DNA of 62,107 nt, counting the filler, from Sphacelaria rigidula (lineage: Eukaryota), in assembly GCA_964200075.2 (NCBI GenBank). It is 6 parts of 6 records of this genome, joined end to end, with 100 filler letters (N's around TTAATTAATTAA, not from the genome) between each part and the next. Parts side by side here need not be neighbours in the genome. Positions count along the whole stretch, not along the records: positions 1 to 10,270 come from CAXNAA020006821.1; positions 10,371 to 20,638 come from CAXNAA020006822.1; 4 more parts are not named here. One strand, written 5' to 3'. A program made the position numbers and the translations under genes. This document shows positions 1 to 12,877 of this stretch, piece by piece. The first letter of the stretch is position 1. Every line of letters begins with the position of its first letter. The notes below the pieces were generated by a model. The model was not told where the DNA came from and did not search any database. It saw only the letters and a program-made list of their open reading frames with translations.

Positions 1-113
1 ATGAATTTAGGTCAGGGAAAGCACGGGTTTTGAGTTGAATATCATTTTTTTTTTCAACCCCGTTTTCGAAAATCGGCTGTTTGTTGGCCATGGTGTGGGA
101 AAAAAACCCAGAT

Positions 114-189
114 CGCTTCGAGATTTGAACCCACGACCCAAACGGTGAAAGGTTTTGAGGTTACCAACTGAGCGATCGGGACGGCCGGC
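114..189 (-). mobile_element. tRNA-derived SINE-like head
   Basis: Reverse complement has an A-box-like GCTCAGTTGG and a B-box-like GGGTTCAAATC. It aligns by eye to a second copy at about 35244-35330. No clean cloverleaf. Confidence 0.55.
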
Positions 190-1213
190 AACAGTAGTTT
201 ATGAAAACATTAGAAAAATTAACTTCACGTCTGGGTAGTTGACCGAACGCAATTTCGCTGCGCCTAGTTGGGACAAATTGGACGGAATTACTCGAGAACA
301 CGATATTCGTTTCAAAACTGATGATGAGTTTTCTGTTTGCAGCTGTTGTCAGCACAAGGCTGTATAGCAAGTGTGGGATACCGGGTGTAGTATTGAAGCC
401 AAGTCAAGTACGCTTTGACATTCCAGTGCTTATGAGGTTGTCGAACACCTACCTGTCGAGCTGTTGCATGTGCGGCATGGATGTTATCCCGTCTAACCTT
501 GTACGACGGGCTGCCAGTGGCTACATGACGTCCAAACAGCTTTACTTCCTCTGTCTCATAAGTCTGGGAACTTATCTTTGTACGACCCCTTTCACGGTGT
601 CCGATTTGATTTTCGATTTTTTTATTGCATTCGTTGGCGTTTTTTTTAGCTAAGAACAACACTTTTCCTACAACGTGGGTGCTCGACGCGTGCAGTCTCG
701 CGGTCGAGAAAAAGTGTGTCAGCCAAAAAGCGGCATTTTTTCGCTCTTTTCCCCAGTAAGCATGGGGGGTCCGGGAACACGAAAAATCGCGAAAAACCGT
801 GAAAAAAACTTGAAAATCGCACAAGGAACATTGATTTTGGATATCTCCGTGACGTTACCCTACGCACACCCCATCACACATATTTTCAGCATACAACCGC
901 TAGAGTTTGACGTAAAAACGTCCAAAATTGGTCGATATTAGGGTGTACGTGGACAAAAATCGGCCAAAATGGGCATATTTTGACGTCATTTTAATATGGA
1001 AAACTAACGTTTTTTCAGTATTTTTTTTTGCATCAACTTCGTTGGCGCTTCACCTTCCCAGCGAAACCAACGATAGGATGATTGGAAGAGTTTGAATGCG
1101 CAAACGATTCAAAGCCCATAACTCCCCAGACTCATGAGACGGAGGAAGTACTATAGTTTCAAAAGTGAACGACGTAGCGCAGGAGATTTCTGTATCGAAA
1201 GACGGAATCAACG

Positions 1214-1457
1214 TGTTGTCCGATTCAGATGTGGTACCCCAGGTGGGGTCGACACTCCCACCTCGAGGTCAAACGCAATGGGGAAAATGCTGGTGAGTCC
1301 ACCTGGTGTAGGGCTTCGCCTTGGAAGCTAAATTTGAGCCTGATCATACTTGGTGAATAGCGACAATAAACTACAGGAGAACAACAAGCAGCCCACACGG
1401 CAGCAAGAGCCCCTCGCAAGACACCATGAGCGATGACTCCTCATTCATTTTACAACA
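1214..1457 (-). mobile_element. Probable solo LTR (244 bp)
   Basis: Bounded by TGTTGT...ACAACA. Its minus-strand start (tgttgtaaaatgaatgaggagtcat) resembles the start of the Copia LTR candidate at 60329. No target-site duplication found. Confidence 0.45.
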
Positions 1458-3426
1458 CGTGAAAGGTGCAGGCCAGTTCGCAATGCGTGCTGAACCCATT
1501 CACCAACCACATTTTCACCCGTCGCAAGAAAATGGGCGAAATGAGTGTGGAGACACTTGATGTTGGTGGGCTTGCTGATCCCGGCCACTCCGACGCTCAA
1601 CCCCAGAGACGGTTCCCATCCTCGTTGCCGAACAAAATCTATGTCGGCGTTCTGGCATCACACGACAGGTCACGAATACAAGGGCGCACGATGTCAGATC
1701 CAGCAGCAATCTGCTCTATCGTAGGCTGTCAATTGGCTGACGATGTTCGAGTCGCGAGCATGCTATAACGCAAGTATCAATTTGGCGATGGGGGTGCAGT
1801 GCAGCTGCGACGGTTTGACAATTCATCGTTTGCGCAACCGCTGGAAGCGAGGCTATAACAACCTATACACACCGTCAACATCTCCCAGCGTTCTTGGGCG
1901 TAGTTTTTGTGTGCGGTCTGCATTGCTGCAAGAACAGATGGGTCAGCCTGCACAAAGCGAGCACCGCAACATGGCACGTGGGATTGTATCGAGGGCACAC
2001 ACGAGAGCCGTCACGAGGAAATACACTACACGTGCACGGTAAGCCGTCAGCTAAAGGGTAATATGACTACAAAAGTGTGACAGCTATCTACCTATACATG
2101 CAGTACAAGAGTCGAGACATTGTGAGGTAATCACCGACTTGTAGACCACTGACTTGTAATCGTCGCTCCCAGTCGGCCACAAGCCCCTGATTCTCCAGCT
2201 GTGAGACGGCAGCCTTGAGCGATGGACATGATAGCCAATACATCGTAGGAAAGGGCTACGCAGGCAAGATGACGGCAAACGCGTGGGAAGAGGGGCTCAT
2301 ACTGGTAAGCAGTCGTTGGTCAGTGGTTTTATCGTCTGTGGTTTACATTGTGTGCATGACGGCACAAGTCATGCTCAAGATACAAGCAGTATAGGAATGA
2401 GTGTTTTGAGCCTCTTGACGAAAAGTAAGCTCATGTCAGCCAAACTATACCATGGAGTAGCTCTTGTATCTAGATTTGAAATATCAACACTCCTGCAGTT
2501 GAGGTCCTAAAGTAGTGCTTTGTGGCCGAAGAGGTGACGGTTTCGTGGCGCCAACAACACGAAAATATGGTGTGAAACATGGTGTGTACGTCCTCCTTCT
2601 GCAAAAACGCGCCGCCAACCTCACATTGTTTACACATTCCAGAACCTTCGGTTCATTCAACAATTCCGCGAGTGTTCAACCTGCACTGACGGGTCGCATT
2701 AAGCTATCGAGAGCAGGCCTCTGGGCGTTCTCATCATCGTGTCCGTATCTCTTCCGGGTGCACAGCACGGACCATGCTCGACCCTAACAGGAAAGGAGGG
2801 TGCGGCCTCTATATTTGGAAAAGGCCCTATACCGTTCTCGTTTTCCCTCTCCTTTGCATACATTAAACCCCCCCTACCTGCGCACGCGCCCTCCTCAGGA
2901 AGCGTCCTTAGTCTATTATAGGGTGATCTACCTGTCTCTCCCACGGTACATGGGTCGTGGTGTTTTGTCGAGGATGGAGTCAGCACTCTCGCATCCCATC
3001 GGCTTTAATTGGTCTTGGTTTCCTTCCCACATCCTCGTGCTTTCGACAACAGAACAAGATTATGTACAGAATTTTCAAGTCAGTCAGGATTTTAATCAAC
3101 GAAATATGTCCCAGCTGGTCGTTGATGTATCAGTTTGACCACTGGAGAGCGGCGCTACAAGTAGTGAATGTGTGATGTGCGCGCGTGCTCACCTGTCGAT
3201 CTCCGTTGCCAGCCCGAGCTCCCTTCAACGACACCGCTAGAGGGTAAAGCTTCAGCACTGTGGGTTCTCCTGTTTGAGGTAAGCAAGGCAAGGGCGAACG
3301 GTTAGCCCCCTGGGCACCAGACCCTCTCAGATGGACCCCACGTAGACCAGTGTACACAGGACGTGAGAACGTTTGTCACAAACTACCGAAATGAAGGCAC
3401 CCTCGTGTGGAACATGGTACCGGAGT

Positions 3427-3660
3427 TGATTGACTGATTCTCGCGCATCAGGTGATCCTATTATAGAGGGATCCACCCGTGGTTGCAAGACTTACCTACG
3501 AGTAACGTGAACAGAAAAAACACCCACTCAAGAAAATAAAAAGTAAAAAACAAGATGAAACAAACTGAGTGAACCGAACAAATAACGCAGACGAAGAAGG
3601 AAAGGGAAGGAGAAGAACGAAGAAAAAGATCAAGTGATCCCTACAAGAAGTAACTGAATG
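3427..3660 (-). repeat. SINE/LINE-type 3' end with (AATC)n tail, copy 1
   Basis: On +: (GATT)n, then a GC-rich ~60 bp core, then an A-rich tract. The same layout occurs at ~37765, ~43050 and ~49190. Confidence 0.4.
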
Positions 3661-3971
3661 AAGCTAGAAATGGCCGGCTCTTACAGTATGACTTTGGGTG
3701 AAAAAGGTTGTGCGCTGAAACGCACACAAACCCGTACAACAAACTGGGCAAAACGGCTGCGGAAGCAGATTACGGCTCAGCTGTTTCAGAACCCCACGAC
3801 TTGGATATGCGCTCTCACCCACGAGCTCTACGGAAGCTAGGCACAAAAACTGCTACTACACAACGCTGAGTTATGAAGGGAGAGACAAAAAATAGTAAAT
3901 CTCCCTGCTGACATACCGTGGCTATTCCTTCATCTTGTGCTTGTTATGTACGTGGGGAATAGATAAAACAA

Positions 3972-4118
3972 GGGGATACCGGGTGGTTCTAGGAACGAAA
4001 AAGGGTAGCGCACATCTCTGTTTAGGGCGCAGCGCTGGACGCGGGCTGAGCACCTCGAAAACACGTTCCAGCGCCTCAGCCCAACGCCCCACGTGCTCGA
4101 GTAGCTTGCCGAACTCCT
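3972..4118 (-). repeat. Dispersed ~150 bp repeat; inverted copy of 5850-5990
   Basis: cgcgggctgagcacctcgaaaacacgttccagc is the reverse complement of gctggaacgtgttttcgaggtgctcagcccgcg at ~5893-5925. Confidence 0.75.
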
Positions 4119-4937
4119 TTTTTTTACACATGGCAACAGGCTTTCACTAGGGCGCGAAAAGCAGAGCCTGCTAGAACACCCTGTTCTATCATCAAACCAG
4201 CAGGGTACACCCGACTCTGAGCTAAAGTTGTGCATCATACCAAGGGTCTACCGGCAGAAAATTCCTGGACACCTAGGCCCCAAGATCGAGCAATTGAGTT
4301 TTTGATGGGGGGGTGCGGGGTTTGGGGGAGGGGGGGGGGGGGGGGGGCGTGGACACTAAGTCTCTTATCTTTAGTTAATAGCCGAGGCGTGGGCGATTCC
4401 GGTCAGCTGCTGTGTACACTCTTGCGCACGAGTAAGCTAGGCAGACCAATTCGCGCCAACGTTCGCGACATATACCACTTACCATGATCACGTTCATGGG
4501 ATCATGTTTCGTGTCGAGTGCGTGGAGTACCTACCAGCAGCCCGAGTAAATTTGGCAAGGCGTGAGATAATGTTGCTACTTTGGCTACAGACGGTCGCTA
4601 CCGTGCGCTCGTGTGTATACATGTGTGTGAGCGTGGCCGGCATGTGAGGTCACCGGGACAGAGCGGATAAGGTGCAGAAGCAAATATACGAACGTCGCAA
4701 AGCCCACCAGACGTTTCGATTTTTGTCAGTGCTTCCCGACCAGTTTCTTCAACATTACTCCACGAAAAAAATCACAAAAGTCATGACAATTTTCGAAAAA
4801 TTGTCCTGCGGGACGGGGGGGGGGGGGGGGGTGGTGGGTAAACAAATTTTTTACCGGTAGGCCCGTGAGATGCTTTTTTTTAATTTCCCCCCCCCCGTAT
4901 TTNNNNNNNNNNAAAACAAAACACAAAAAAAAAAGAA

Positions 4938-4994
<57 letters not shown>

Positions 4995-5849
4995 CTGTGT
5001 GTCCACAGATTTTCTACCGGTAGACCCTTGATATGCTCTTTATTCATTTGCCCACCCCTGTATGTTCACGTGCATACCTCATTTTGTTCAATGGTGACCC
5101 TACCGTGGGCACCGCAGAGGATACGCCGAACAGTCACAAACATACACTATTTTGTCATATTCCACCTCGTCAAAAAGGCAGAAAAGCACAACGCCTAGGG
5201 AATTGTAGCCTGCTGCTGATTGCACCCCAAACCCAAAACATCCGACGATGCGTGCAGGGCGCGAACGCTTGTGTGCGGGAGATCACACGAAGATCCAATC
5301 ATGTGCGAGAAGTCTTGCCGGCAGACATACGCCCGCACGTCATCATGTGGCGTCATCATGTGGAGGATCAGAGCACAGTCATCACGTGGATTGTAGTCAA
5401 GTACAAATCGGATTGCGCATAAGCGGGTGTACTGCTGAGGGAGTTTAACGCAAATGTTCACGTTCTCGAGAGGATCAAGGCACAGCGCACCACACCGGAG
5501 AGGAACGATGCCAGGGCCCCTCACGAACGATGCTACGCAGCAGGGTGGCAGCGCCGCCGGCCCCTCATCAAACCGCAAATTAACCACCTCGGTCAACCCT
5601 CACGAAAAAGGAGATGCACGGGTAGCCGCTGGTACAAGTTATCCGCATTTTAGAGCATTCATAGGTTATGGTACCTTATGGACGGGTTTCAAGAGATACA
5701 TGCAGAATAATTCAGCTTGTAATCGCGCGCGTTATCGCGTCGTGTAATCAGTGTAAACCCGACCATCGTATATCGTCTTACATGTGTTTTGCAACCCGGT
5801 TCACACTGTACGCATGCTGTTCAACTTACAGTATTGACAACCCAAAAGA

Positions 5850-5990
5850 AGTTCGACAAGCTGCCCATGCACATTGGACGTGGGGTTGAGATGCTGGAAC
5901 GTGTTTTCGAGGTGCTCAGCCCGCGTGCAGAGCTGGGCCCTGCACCGAAAAGTGCACTACCTTTTTGTGATACCAACCGGGTATACCCGA
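5850..5990 (+). repeat. Dispersed ~150 bp repeat; inverted partner of 3972-4118
   Basis: Direct sequence comparison; the ORF track shows ERVFEVLSPR in both copies. Confidence 0.75.
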
Positions 5991-6449
5991 ATTTTGTCTA
6001 ATCCCCTTGTTATGTAACTGCCGTGGTGGAAACATGACGCGCCGTGTGAATCTACTTTTCAACCCTGCTACAGCCACGTTGGAGGTAACGGCTACGGCTT
6101 TCTCCGTGTGGTGCTGACACTCCTTGGGCACTTGGGCAATTTTTGTGCTGTAGGCGACGTCTTCGGGTGTTGAGCCGTAGCAGTTGTTATCAAAAGACAG
6201 CATATTCCAAGTGATGCAATCAGCCACAGTCACTGCTATACCTGTAAGGCACTGTAGCTCTCATCAGCCAACATACCACGCAAGACCCTACTTTTCTGCA
6301 TGTACGGTCTCTTGGCATCGCTTCCCTACAACAAGCTTGGTCCAGCAAAAACTCGGCGTGCTCTGTCCTGACTTTGCAGGGATGCGAGGTCAGTGGTCTA
6401 CGACTTTGGCATGCGAGATCATGAGTACACCCCCGTACGATATATGCAC

Positions 6450-7850
6450 AGGGTCATCTCCTTCGTGGCAAACGCTGGCAAAGTTATACTCAAGCTCGTC
6501 GCCACACGCTTGAACAACTACTGCGATCGCGAGGGAAACCTCCCGGACAACAAAGCGGCTTCCGTCCAGCCCGTTTAATCTACGCCCCCTTACGTCGCGG
6601 GAGAAGGGCACCCCGCTCTACGCGTGCCTCATCGATCTCACCAAGGCATACGTACGACTCCGTCGACAGAGAGCTGCTGTGGACCGTGCTCGAGACATTC
6701 GACGTGCGCACCAAGATGCTGGAGATCATCCGCCAGTTTCACGACGGCATGAGGGTGCGTGTGCGGATGGACGATCGGACGAGCTCCGACTGGTTCGACG
6801 TGGGGCAGAGGATCTGACAGAGATGCAACCTGTCACCGCTACTGTTCTACCCTTTCTCCGCCGCAATGCTCACGGTGTCAGTAGACAAGCTTGCCGAAAT
6901 ACAGCAGCTGTGGGGCATGCTCTATGACGACGATGCGGGGATCGTTTTGCGATCGCTGGGGAGCCTCGAGGGAATGATGCCAACTATCTTGCGCGTCTCC
7001 GGCTTATTCAGACTGATGGTGTCGGAGAGAGAGACAGATATCACGAGCTTGCTGCCGAAAGGGATGGAGGAGTGCCCGTTCAGGGTCAACACCAGCGGTC
7101 CGGTGTACAAGCACACCAGCAAGCATTTGTGCCTCGGAGTGATAGTTTGTGAGGGCGGGAAGGTGGACACGGAGATGGCAAGCCGTCTGTCCCGAGCATG
7201 GGGATGTTACAGACGGAACGGTCAACCGATGTACGATCATCGAGAGCTCCCCCCTCCGGCTCAAAGTACCACCGCTCCAAGCTGAAGTAGTTGAGCCCCT
7301 TCCTTCTGTACGGGTGCACGACGTGGAAGCTGAGTTCGAAGCACTACGACAAGCTCAACGGGGCCCACCACTATTTTATCACGCGTTGTATCGGGTGGAA
7401 AAAGAAGACGCGCACGAACCGTCCTCTGTGCTACGCGAAGGTCCTTCTCAAGACCGACTGCACCGAGACCACCGAGGCCACACTGTGCGCAAGTGGACAC
7501 TATTGACGGGATTCGTCATGCATCGAAGGGCGTCATGCTGGGAATGTTGGAGGGGGAAAAGAGATACAGAAGGAAGCCGGAGCGCGACGAGATGCATTGT
7601 CTAAAGTAGAAGAGGACCTTGAAATTTTGGATATGGAAGAAGAGAAAGAGGAGGGCATTGGAAAAACCAGCGTCAAGAAACTGGACGCATGGTATAGCAA
7701 GGGAGAGAAGAAGGTGGAACGGTTAATGGCGAAATAGCACCCACGAGAACGGTGAGCACCGGCGAAGCACCGTTTGGAGAGGGCAAATAATCGAGCGAAC
7801 GAAAAAACAAGGGAGGGCAAGGTTGCGGACGGATCGAAAAGAAGGCGAAA
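6450..7850 (+). mobile_element. Degenerate, 5'-truncated non-LTR retrotransposon (RTE-like LINE) reverse transcriptase
   Basis: Across frameshifts: [37 protein letters not shown](D)SVDRELLW, IIRQFHDGM, LSPLLF, LWGMLYDDD (YADD site, ~6923), KHLCLG, LLYGCTTW. There is an in-frame stop at ~6815 and several frameshifts. A T-rich tail follows to ~8410. Confidence 0.9.
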
Positions 7851-10270
7851 CGACAAAGGCTACAGGAGGACAAAGACAAATAAATCGGAAAGCGGCGGGG
7901 GGATGCAACACTGCCGGAGAAGATACAAATATCAAGGAGACAGAACGCGTGGAGAGATCTGTTACCGACTGGCGATATTGCTCCCTCTCTCACCCCTGCT
8001 TGTGTTACAATGACTGTAAAATCTACATATAGTACTTCTTTTTCTTTTTCACCCTTGCCCTCCGTCCTTTGTTCTTGTTTTCCTATCTTGGTCTTTTTTG
8101 TAGGCTTTTACATGGATTCTGCCATCCTTCGGCTCTTGTTTTGTCTTGCCTTGCCTTACGTTGTCTTGCCTTGTCCTGACTTGTTTGGTATGCCGACTGT
8201 GCAATTCCCCTATCTGGCCCTTATTGGCCTCTCTGGCCTGCGTACCATACAACCGACAATTGTTCCTCATTTAATATTGTTCTTGCGAGCCGCACGTATA
8301 TTTGTTGTGTATGTCTAACTTGTCGTTCACATGTTTTTAGAGTCCTGTTTTGCGGGGCGCCGTGTTTTCATGTTCGTACGCGTATCATTTTATTTCATTT
8401 TGTCTTGTCTCCTGTCTTTTCGTGCCACGTCTTTGTGACCATGGGCGCTAAATTTATGGAAAAGAGCTGATGTGAGAAACAACAATAGCAACAACATCCC
8501 CATGTCAGCTGTGTGGAAAGCATGTGTCTTGTTGTTGTCGTTGTTGTTGTTGTCTTCACATTGACATTGAAAACCGTTCCGGTATCTGCGCGGTACATTC
8601 GTACTGGGCATCTGATGCCGATGCCTTCCGTGGTCACAGGCTAGCAAAAACTAAACAAAAAAACAAAATAGACCTAGATTAAAATTCACAATTCGCGATA
8701 CAAGCAAAACAGGGATAAGTAATAAAGAAAAAAGATAATACATGTGTCTGCCCGTTGCAATCCATTGGTTTTGCTTGTGTAAAGGACAAGCTGACCGCTA
8801 CAATCCATCAGTTTTACTTGTGTGTGTCAAGTTGTGTCTGCCGTGCTCATTGACTGCTGGGGATGGAGGGCGGGGGGTTTCCGCAACCCCTACGTCGTAA
8901 CCCAAAATAAAAACACCACTCAAGACACCCGCGCGCGCGCCGCCTGCAGCACGTACATCCCACATCACATGGCCACGTGCTTCGTTCAGCAACACACACG
9001 TGTGTGCGTTGACCACAAGCATGTAATGCTGTTAGCGGTATCACTGCTTCATTGGTAATGATACCATTGTGAAACCGCTGGCTCCGCCTTATGATTACCA
9101 ATGTAATCGAACAAGGGGTATATTTAATGGGGCAAAATACACAGATTTATTCGACTTTTTTGGAACATTTGGACTTTGTTCATGACCTCTCTGAAAAAAA
9201 TGATGAAAAACGTCCGACACTGTATCTTTGGAGATATCTGCACTCAGTCCACATCTAATGTATGACAATGAAAAAAATGTATTGAAAACTGTTTTTTCGG
9301 CCTTTCTCTCCGTCGTTTTACGCCGTGTAAGAGCGCTAGGCAAATGTCGACGCCTTGGAACGACTTCCTCTGCTCGTTAAGAATGTTCTGGAGCACCTGT
9401 GCGTTTTTCGGTAGCCGCAGTTTCTTTTTTATCAAAATTGCGTCTTCAGTAACGAACGGTCGAGTCACCAAAAAAAAAACAGTCGCCAGTTTTTTTCATA
9501 CAGGCTGGTCCAGCCTAGAAACGGGTTTAAGCTCTCAAAGCAATATCTCATCGACACAGACGAGTTGGGCCGTGATCCGCATATTATATTAATGGTGGAA
9601 GCAAAGGGAAGGTGCCCATCTGCTCAAAACTCTGGGCCATTTTTTTCTCGTTGATTAAACCCCATGTCTAGTAATTCCTGTACCGTGCGTCTATACCGAA
9701 GTCTATATGAACCCCGACCAATGTATACAGAGGATGATGACGATTTTGTTGAGGACATTCCCCGGAGCACGGAGATACGATAAATGCACTCACCTTTACC
9801 TAATTCGCTATCCATCTCGAGTTATAGCGCACATAAATTTTCATACTAAAATCAATCTATTACGAGAAGAGGCACTTAGTACACTAAATTTGGATATCGC
9901 GTCTCAGTTTTTGAGAGTTGTGCTTTCAAAGCTCGTATGGAGAATGGCTAGTGTAAAATGATGAAAATAAACGTTTTTTTTCGCTTCTTTTTTTTCTTTT
10001 TTTTTTCGTTTTTTAGGGGAGTTTTGAGGAGAAGTAAACACTGCTCTTGAACCTTACCTCAGTTTTTCAACTCAATTTTTAGAGTAGTGACGTGAAACCC
10101 AGCATGGAGAATCGCAAAGACATGCTGTAGAAAAAATATGGGCCTTCACTCTTTTTTTTTGGAGAGGTTAGGGCGTTCTCGTGCAAAATGCTTTTCACCA
10201 TACGAAAACATCCACGGTTAGGACAAATAATGATTCGTCAGAAAATTACTTGGTTTTAGTATAATAATTT

Positions 10271-10370
10271 NNNNNNNNNNNNNNNNNNNNNNNNNNNNNN
10301 NNNNNNNNNNNNNNTTAATTAATTAANNNNNNNNNNNNNNNNNNNNNNNNNNNNNNNNNNNNNNNNNNNN
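10271..10370. other. Artificial contig spacer (N44-TTAATTAATTAA-N44)
   Basis: The same 100-nt linker recurs at 20639-20738, 31007-31106, 41374-41473 and 51741-51840. Confidence 0.97.
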
Positions 10371-10624
10371 CTTAGCAAGATGCAGCTCACCCTTCATGCG
10401 ACTCGCCGAACACACCACGGCGCGACGCGCTTGGTGGTTTGAGTGTAAGCCTGGTCCGGCGAAAACCCGGCGTGCTCCGTCCCGGTATGCGAGGTCAATG
10501 GTCTTATGACTATGGCATGCATGATCATGAGTACACCCCCCCCCACCCACCGCCCATACACACATATCTGTCGATAAGCGCGACCGAAACAATGGCTGTG
10601 CAAGCGCTGCCTACATTTACCCAC

Positions 10625-12562
10625 CTTTTTGTTCCTCATGTAGAAGTATATAGCAGTTTGGTGCGGCATATTTTGCACGTACATTTCTGCGTATCTGTCG
10701 AGGAACGCCAGGATTTTGTTTCGGTGAACAGGATTCCTACCATCTCCTGGGCCACCGTCGCCCCCGACGCAACACCCGAAACACAACATTCGTGAGATTC
10801 AGAGGGTTGTTTCAGATTCGGAGTGAGACCCGAAACAATCGACTTTCCCGTCGATTTTGACATCGCCACAGATCGAGGAGTAATGCGCTCAGCTGGTGAT
10901 GCGGTGGCTTCAATGAAAACTGTTAGCTACACGATCATTTTGACACACCACTTGATCGCAACAAATGATAAAGCTCAAGGAAGAAACAATAATAATAAAA
11001 TTTTGCTGTTGGGAACGCTGGAGTATCTACCTCGACTCTGATACTACCCTCTGAATCTCACGAATAGCGTCTTCCGGGTGCATCACGGTGAAAAACCAAG
11101 TTGAGCAATAATTTTTCCCGTCACAGGTGTTCAACGGGTCTATGTCGCATATAAAACCGCATGTGGACTGGGTTGGACCATGGCATGTTCGAGATTCAGA
11201 ATCATTATTTCGCCATAATATCACACGCCTCTTGTCATGACCATGTGTGTGTAGTACATATGCATAGACACCAGTACACGAAAGTCCTTGACCGGTTCTG
11301 AGCGCAAAATGTGTCTCCACCCACATAGGCGGATCCAATGGGCCTTACAGACTGGAAAACGGTTTATACCCCGCCCCCCCAGTACAGCACTATCGTCATT
11401 TCAAAGCTCGATTACCCCATGACGAAGAGGGTGCCAATACCAAACGACGCGTTTTCGGACAGCTATTGACGAGATCTTTTCAGCGTCACCCTTTTCAGAA
11501 CTGATGCTCTTCTCGTTGTGAAGTAGTCGAGCTTTGAAATTCGGTCGAGGGGGTCTGCGATGGGTCGCGACAATTACGGTGTACCGTTTTCACCGTACTG
11601 TAGGGTTCGAGGTCACATGCGGTGCACGTCCTCGGCAGTGGACACAGAAACAGAGGATATGACTACTGCATACTGCCTGCACTACGGTACTACACGTGAA
11701 GGCTTAACTTCGTTTACTGTGCGTGTGTTACTGCTGTGTACTACGGCCTGGACTACGGTACCACGCGTGAAGGCTTCGTCTAGCTTAAAAATTTCCGCAA
11801 CGGGCAGCCGATTCGGAACAATTGGGCTCCTAAATTAAAAAACAATGCGGAATCGGTCATAATAAAACCGTGGAAACGAGGATCCTGATGGACACATCTG
11901 ATCTAACTCGGAGATCACACTCGTGTGATTCTCAACACCGATGGGGCACCCGGGTTCTTCTTGGCGTTCTCGATGAAGTTCTTCGACACCCCATAGGCTC
12001 GAGCGAAGAAACGATTACAAACCACGCCGTCGGAAGCATGCATGGATCCCATGTTCTTACCTGGTTTCTAATACGGCACGTGCCCTCGTACCCGAGCCAG
12101 TCTTGCTTGGCGCGCGACGACACGGTTGAGGTCATCTTGCTCGAACGCCAACCTCCGAGCATCAAGTGTCCCTTCAAGGAACCGCTCTACACACCGTAAA
12201 CTGCGGCAGCATTCGAAACTCAATGCAATCATATCGTGCAGCTCCATCGGCCGTGTGGGGAGAGCTACAGCCGACACCGGAACGATCGGTTCGAGGAGGG
12301 GTTGCTCTTGTTGCCGTCCTTGTGGTGTCAAGCCGCCGGCATACCCACATGATGATTCGATGTTCCGCTCTGCGGGTTCAACCGAGGTCGCGAACAGGAG
12401 GCGACCTGCCTCTGTAATAGGCATAGACGCACGCTGCACACTAATTCCTCTGGTGAGTGGATGTTTCAGAGTGGGTGATGCCGATACTTTATGACAGCTG
12501 GGGCAGGGCGGTGGTGCTCTGACAGTAACGACAGTGCAGCCGTTGTTCCGCATCTTGACCAT
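10625..12562 (-). pseudogene. Putative DNA transposase N-terminal region (Sola-like/DUF7869-type motifs); spliced, degenerate, runs off the contig
   Basis: Reading through the TAG at 12068-12070 gives ECCRSLRCVERF...DARRLAF...DGVVCNRFFARAYGVSKNFIENAKK. Further down are CDGKNYCSTWFF...IREIQRVVSESR (11130-11030) and NKILAFLDRYAEMYVQNMPHQTAIYFYMRNKK, ending at a GT donor at 10624. From memory these match the CC-x-C-F, VC-xx-F-xxx-YGVS and Y-x-(D/N)MP motifs of that family. No catalytic DDE region is visible. Confidence 0.45.
11365..11555. mobile_element. Short MITE-like insertion
   Basis: Internal inverted repeat tttcaaagctcga...tcgagctttgaaa. It lies in an intron of the minus-strand gene. Confidence 0.4.
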
Positions 12563-12877
12563 TCTCGCCGGGATTTAAAACCAACATGCCCTGACTGCTA
12601 GAACGTCGGGACAAATATGCTGTGGTTCTGTGCGCAACCGGCTATGTGCACCAGAAGCGCGATTAGAGAATGGGACACATGTCGACAAATATCGGGATCG
12701 TTAGGTCTTTTCACCTGCCTGACTGGTGTGATTGTTTTGATGGCATGGCAACCGACGTGCTGCAAACGGGTCGCCATTCCACAGAAAGTGACGACCGTAA
12801 CAAACACGCCGCTGTACTAGTCACTAAGTACGATAATATCGGTAAACACGGCTTATTCGTACTCATGCGATTCTGAT

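Noticed and set aside
114-189. Functional tRNA gene
   Set aside because: The acceptor and anticodon stems do not pair well. It is better explained as a SINE head.
230-450. Possible hAT dimerisation-domain remnant on the minus strand (LTWLQYYTRYPTLA...VFS)
   Set aside because: Too degenerate; the ERxFS motif and spacing could not be restored.
4939-4994. Long poly-G tract (also poly-C at ~20006-20064, giving poly-Pro/Gly ORFs)
   Set aside because: Homopolymer lengths are unreliable near gaps. The 20006 tract is intronic in the spliced model.
5250-5625. Exon-like segment, and similarly the long ORFs at 23113-23682, 28333-28797 and 34039-34710
   Set aside because: No recognisable domain, and stops or repeat overlap are present. 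A product cannot be supported without searches.
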